43,125 bases of DNA from a virus (Duplodnaviria; Caudoviricetes). Of this stretch, positions 42,576 to 43,125 are shown in pieces (the first letter of the stretch is position 1; each line of letters begins with the position of its first letter). Both the position numbers and the translations under genes were made by a program. Location of the stretch: the IMG/VR virus record IMGVR_UViG_3300033407_000041, positions 1 through 43,125 of that record. The stretch is one strand, 5' to 3'. The notes under the pieces are model-generated. The model worked only from the letters and a program-made list of their open reading frames with translations, did not search any database and was not told the origin of the DNA.

Positions 42576-43125
42576 GCGGTGGTGAGTACCTCGCCGTCCG
42601 CACGTACTGGCGCTGGCAGCACGACTACAGGCGCGCCAATCCACCGTGGTCACGCTTCTACGGACGCAAGTTCTTCCGTGACCCGGAACTCGCCGAACTC
42701 ACCGACTCGACTCGACTGATCGCGCTTGGTCTGGTCAGCCTGACCGCCGAGTACGAGAAGGAGGTAGACCCGAGAGATCTCGTAGACGACCCAGAGGTAC
42801 ACAAGACGTGGACCCGACTTGCGCACGAGAGGAGCATGACGTGCCGCGTAGGTGTACTGAAGGTGGACCCGAGATGGATCGCACGTGAGCTAAACGTAAA
42901 CACGAGAGAGGTCAACCGTGCGCTAGAGAGTCTCACGGCGATCTCCTTTATTTACAGGGGATCTTGGCACACCGTTGCTAGCAGGAATCTCGCAGACTTC
43001 ACGCACGCTGCTAGCAAGAAACTCGCGCCGTGCGAGAAAGATCCCGCCTCGTGCGCGCCCCCGCGCGGCAGCGCGACCGCGGAAGGGAAGGGAAGGGAAG
43101 GGAAGGAAGTACCGCTAGGTCAGAA
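42572..43125 (+). CDS. Phage replication initiator / replisome organiser, N-terminal part (continues across the junction to 329; ~251 aa in total)
   Basis: ATG overlaps the stop of the upstream HNH (ATGA). Manual translation MSGGEYLAVRTYWRWQHDYRRANPPWSRFY... matches the WQHY..xNPPW motif of phage Rep N-termini, followed by an HTH-like WIARELNVNTREVNRALESL and an EGKGREGKE linker. Missing from the ORF track because it spans the junction. Confidence 0.75.
   Translation, partial: MSGGEYLAVRTYWRWQHDYRRANPPWSRFYGRKFFRDPELAELTDSTRLIALGLVSLTAEYEKEVDPRDLVDDPEVHKTWTRLAHERSMTCRVGVLKVDPRWIARELNVNTREVNRALESLTAISFIYRGSWHTVASRNLADFTHAASKKLAPCEKDPASCAPPRGSATAEGKGREGKEVPLGQ
42999..43125. repeat. Terminal direct repeat copy (identical to 1-127)
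   Basis: Exact sequence match to the window start. Confidence 0.95.

Larger units (their letters stand above)
1..43125. mobile_element. Complete temperate siphovirus-like phage genome (HK97-type head, long non-contractile tail), circular assembly
   Basis: Packaging, head, neck, tail, lysis, immunity, recombination and replication modules are all present in canonical order; no host housekeeping genes; ends overlap. Confidence 0.95.

Overview
The window is an apparently complete, circularly assembled temperate siphovirus genome of about 42,998 bp. Bases 1-127 are repeated at 42999-43125, which looks like an assembler overlap. It is high-GC and probably infects a non-mycolic-acid actinobacterium (inference: M23 endolysin, no LysB, Gram-positive SOS box). 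Order on the + strand: end of the replication/late-regulator region, HNH, probable cos, terminase, LSm-like gene, HK97-type portal/protease/capsid, a ~5 kb head/neck decoration cluster containing a SAM methyltransferase, neck and tail genes, tape measure with NlpC/P60, two large tail-tip proteins, and a lysis cassette. Then come a cI/cro-like switch and a long, translationally coupled early operon: ParB-like, RecT, Cas4-like nuclease, Xer-like recombinase, C5 methylase, Rpf-like muramidase, HNHs, RusA, and a replication initiator spanning the junction. Most unusual observations: perfect GACTC-centred palindromes inside the parB-like gene; a ~370-nt densely base-paired region downstream of the recombinase; an antisense HNH that invaded the methylase 3' end and supplied a replacement tail; a UUU-CGC +1 frameshift candidate in the tail chaperone; a TerS-like peptide on TerL with no separate terS; an SOS box next to a micro-ORF and a non-cleavable repressor; and a 12+13-bp pseudoknot or switch before the replication genes. 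All family calls come from motif recognition by eye, not database searches.
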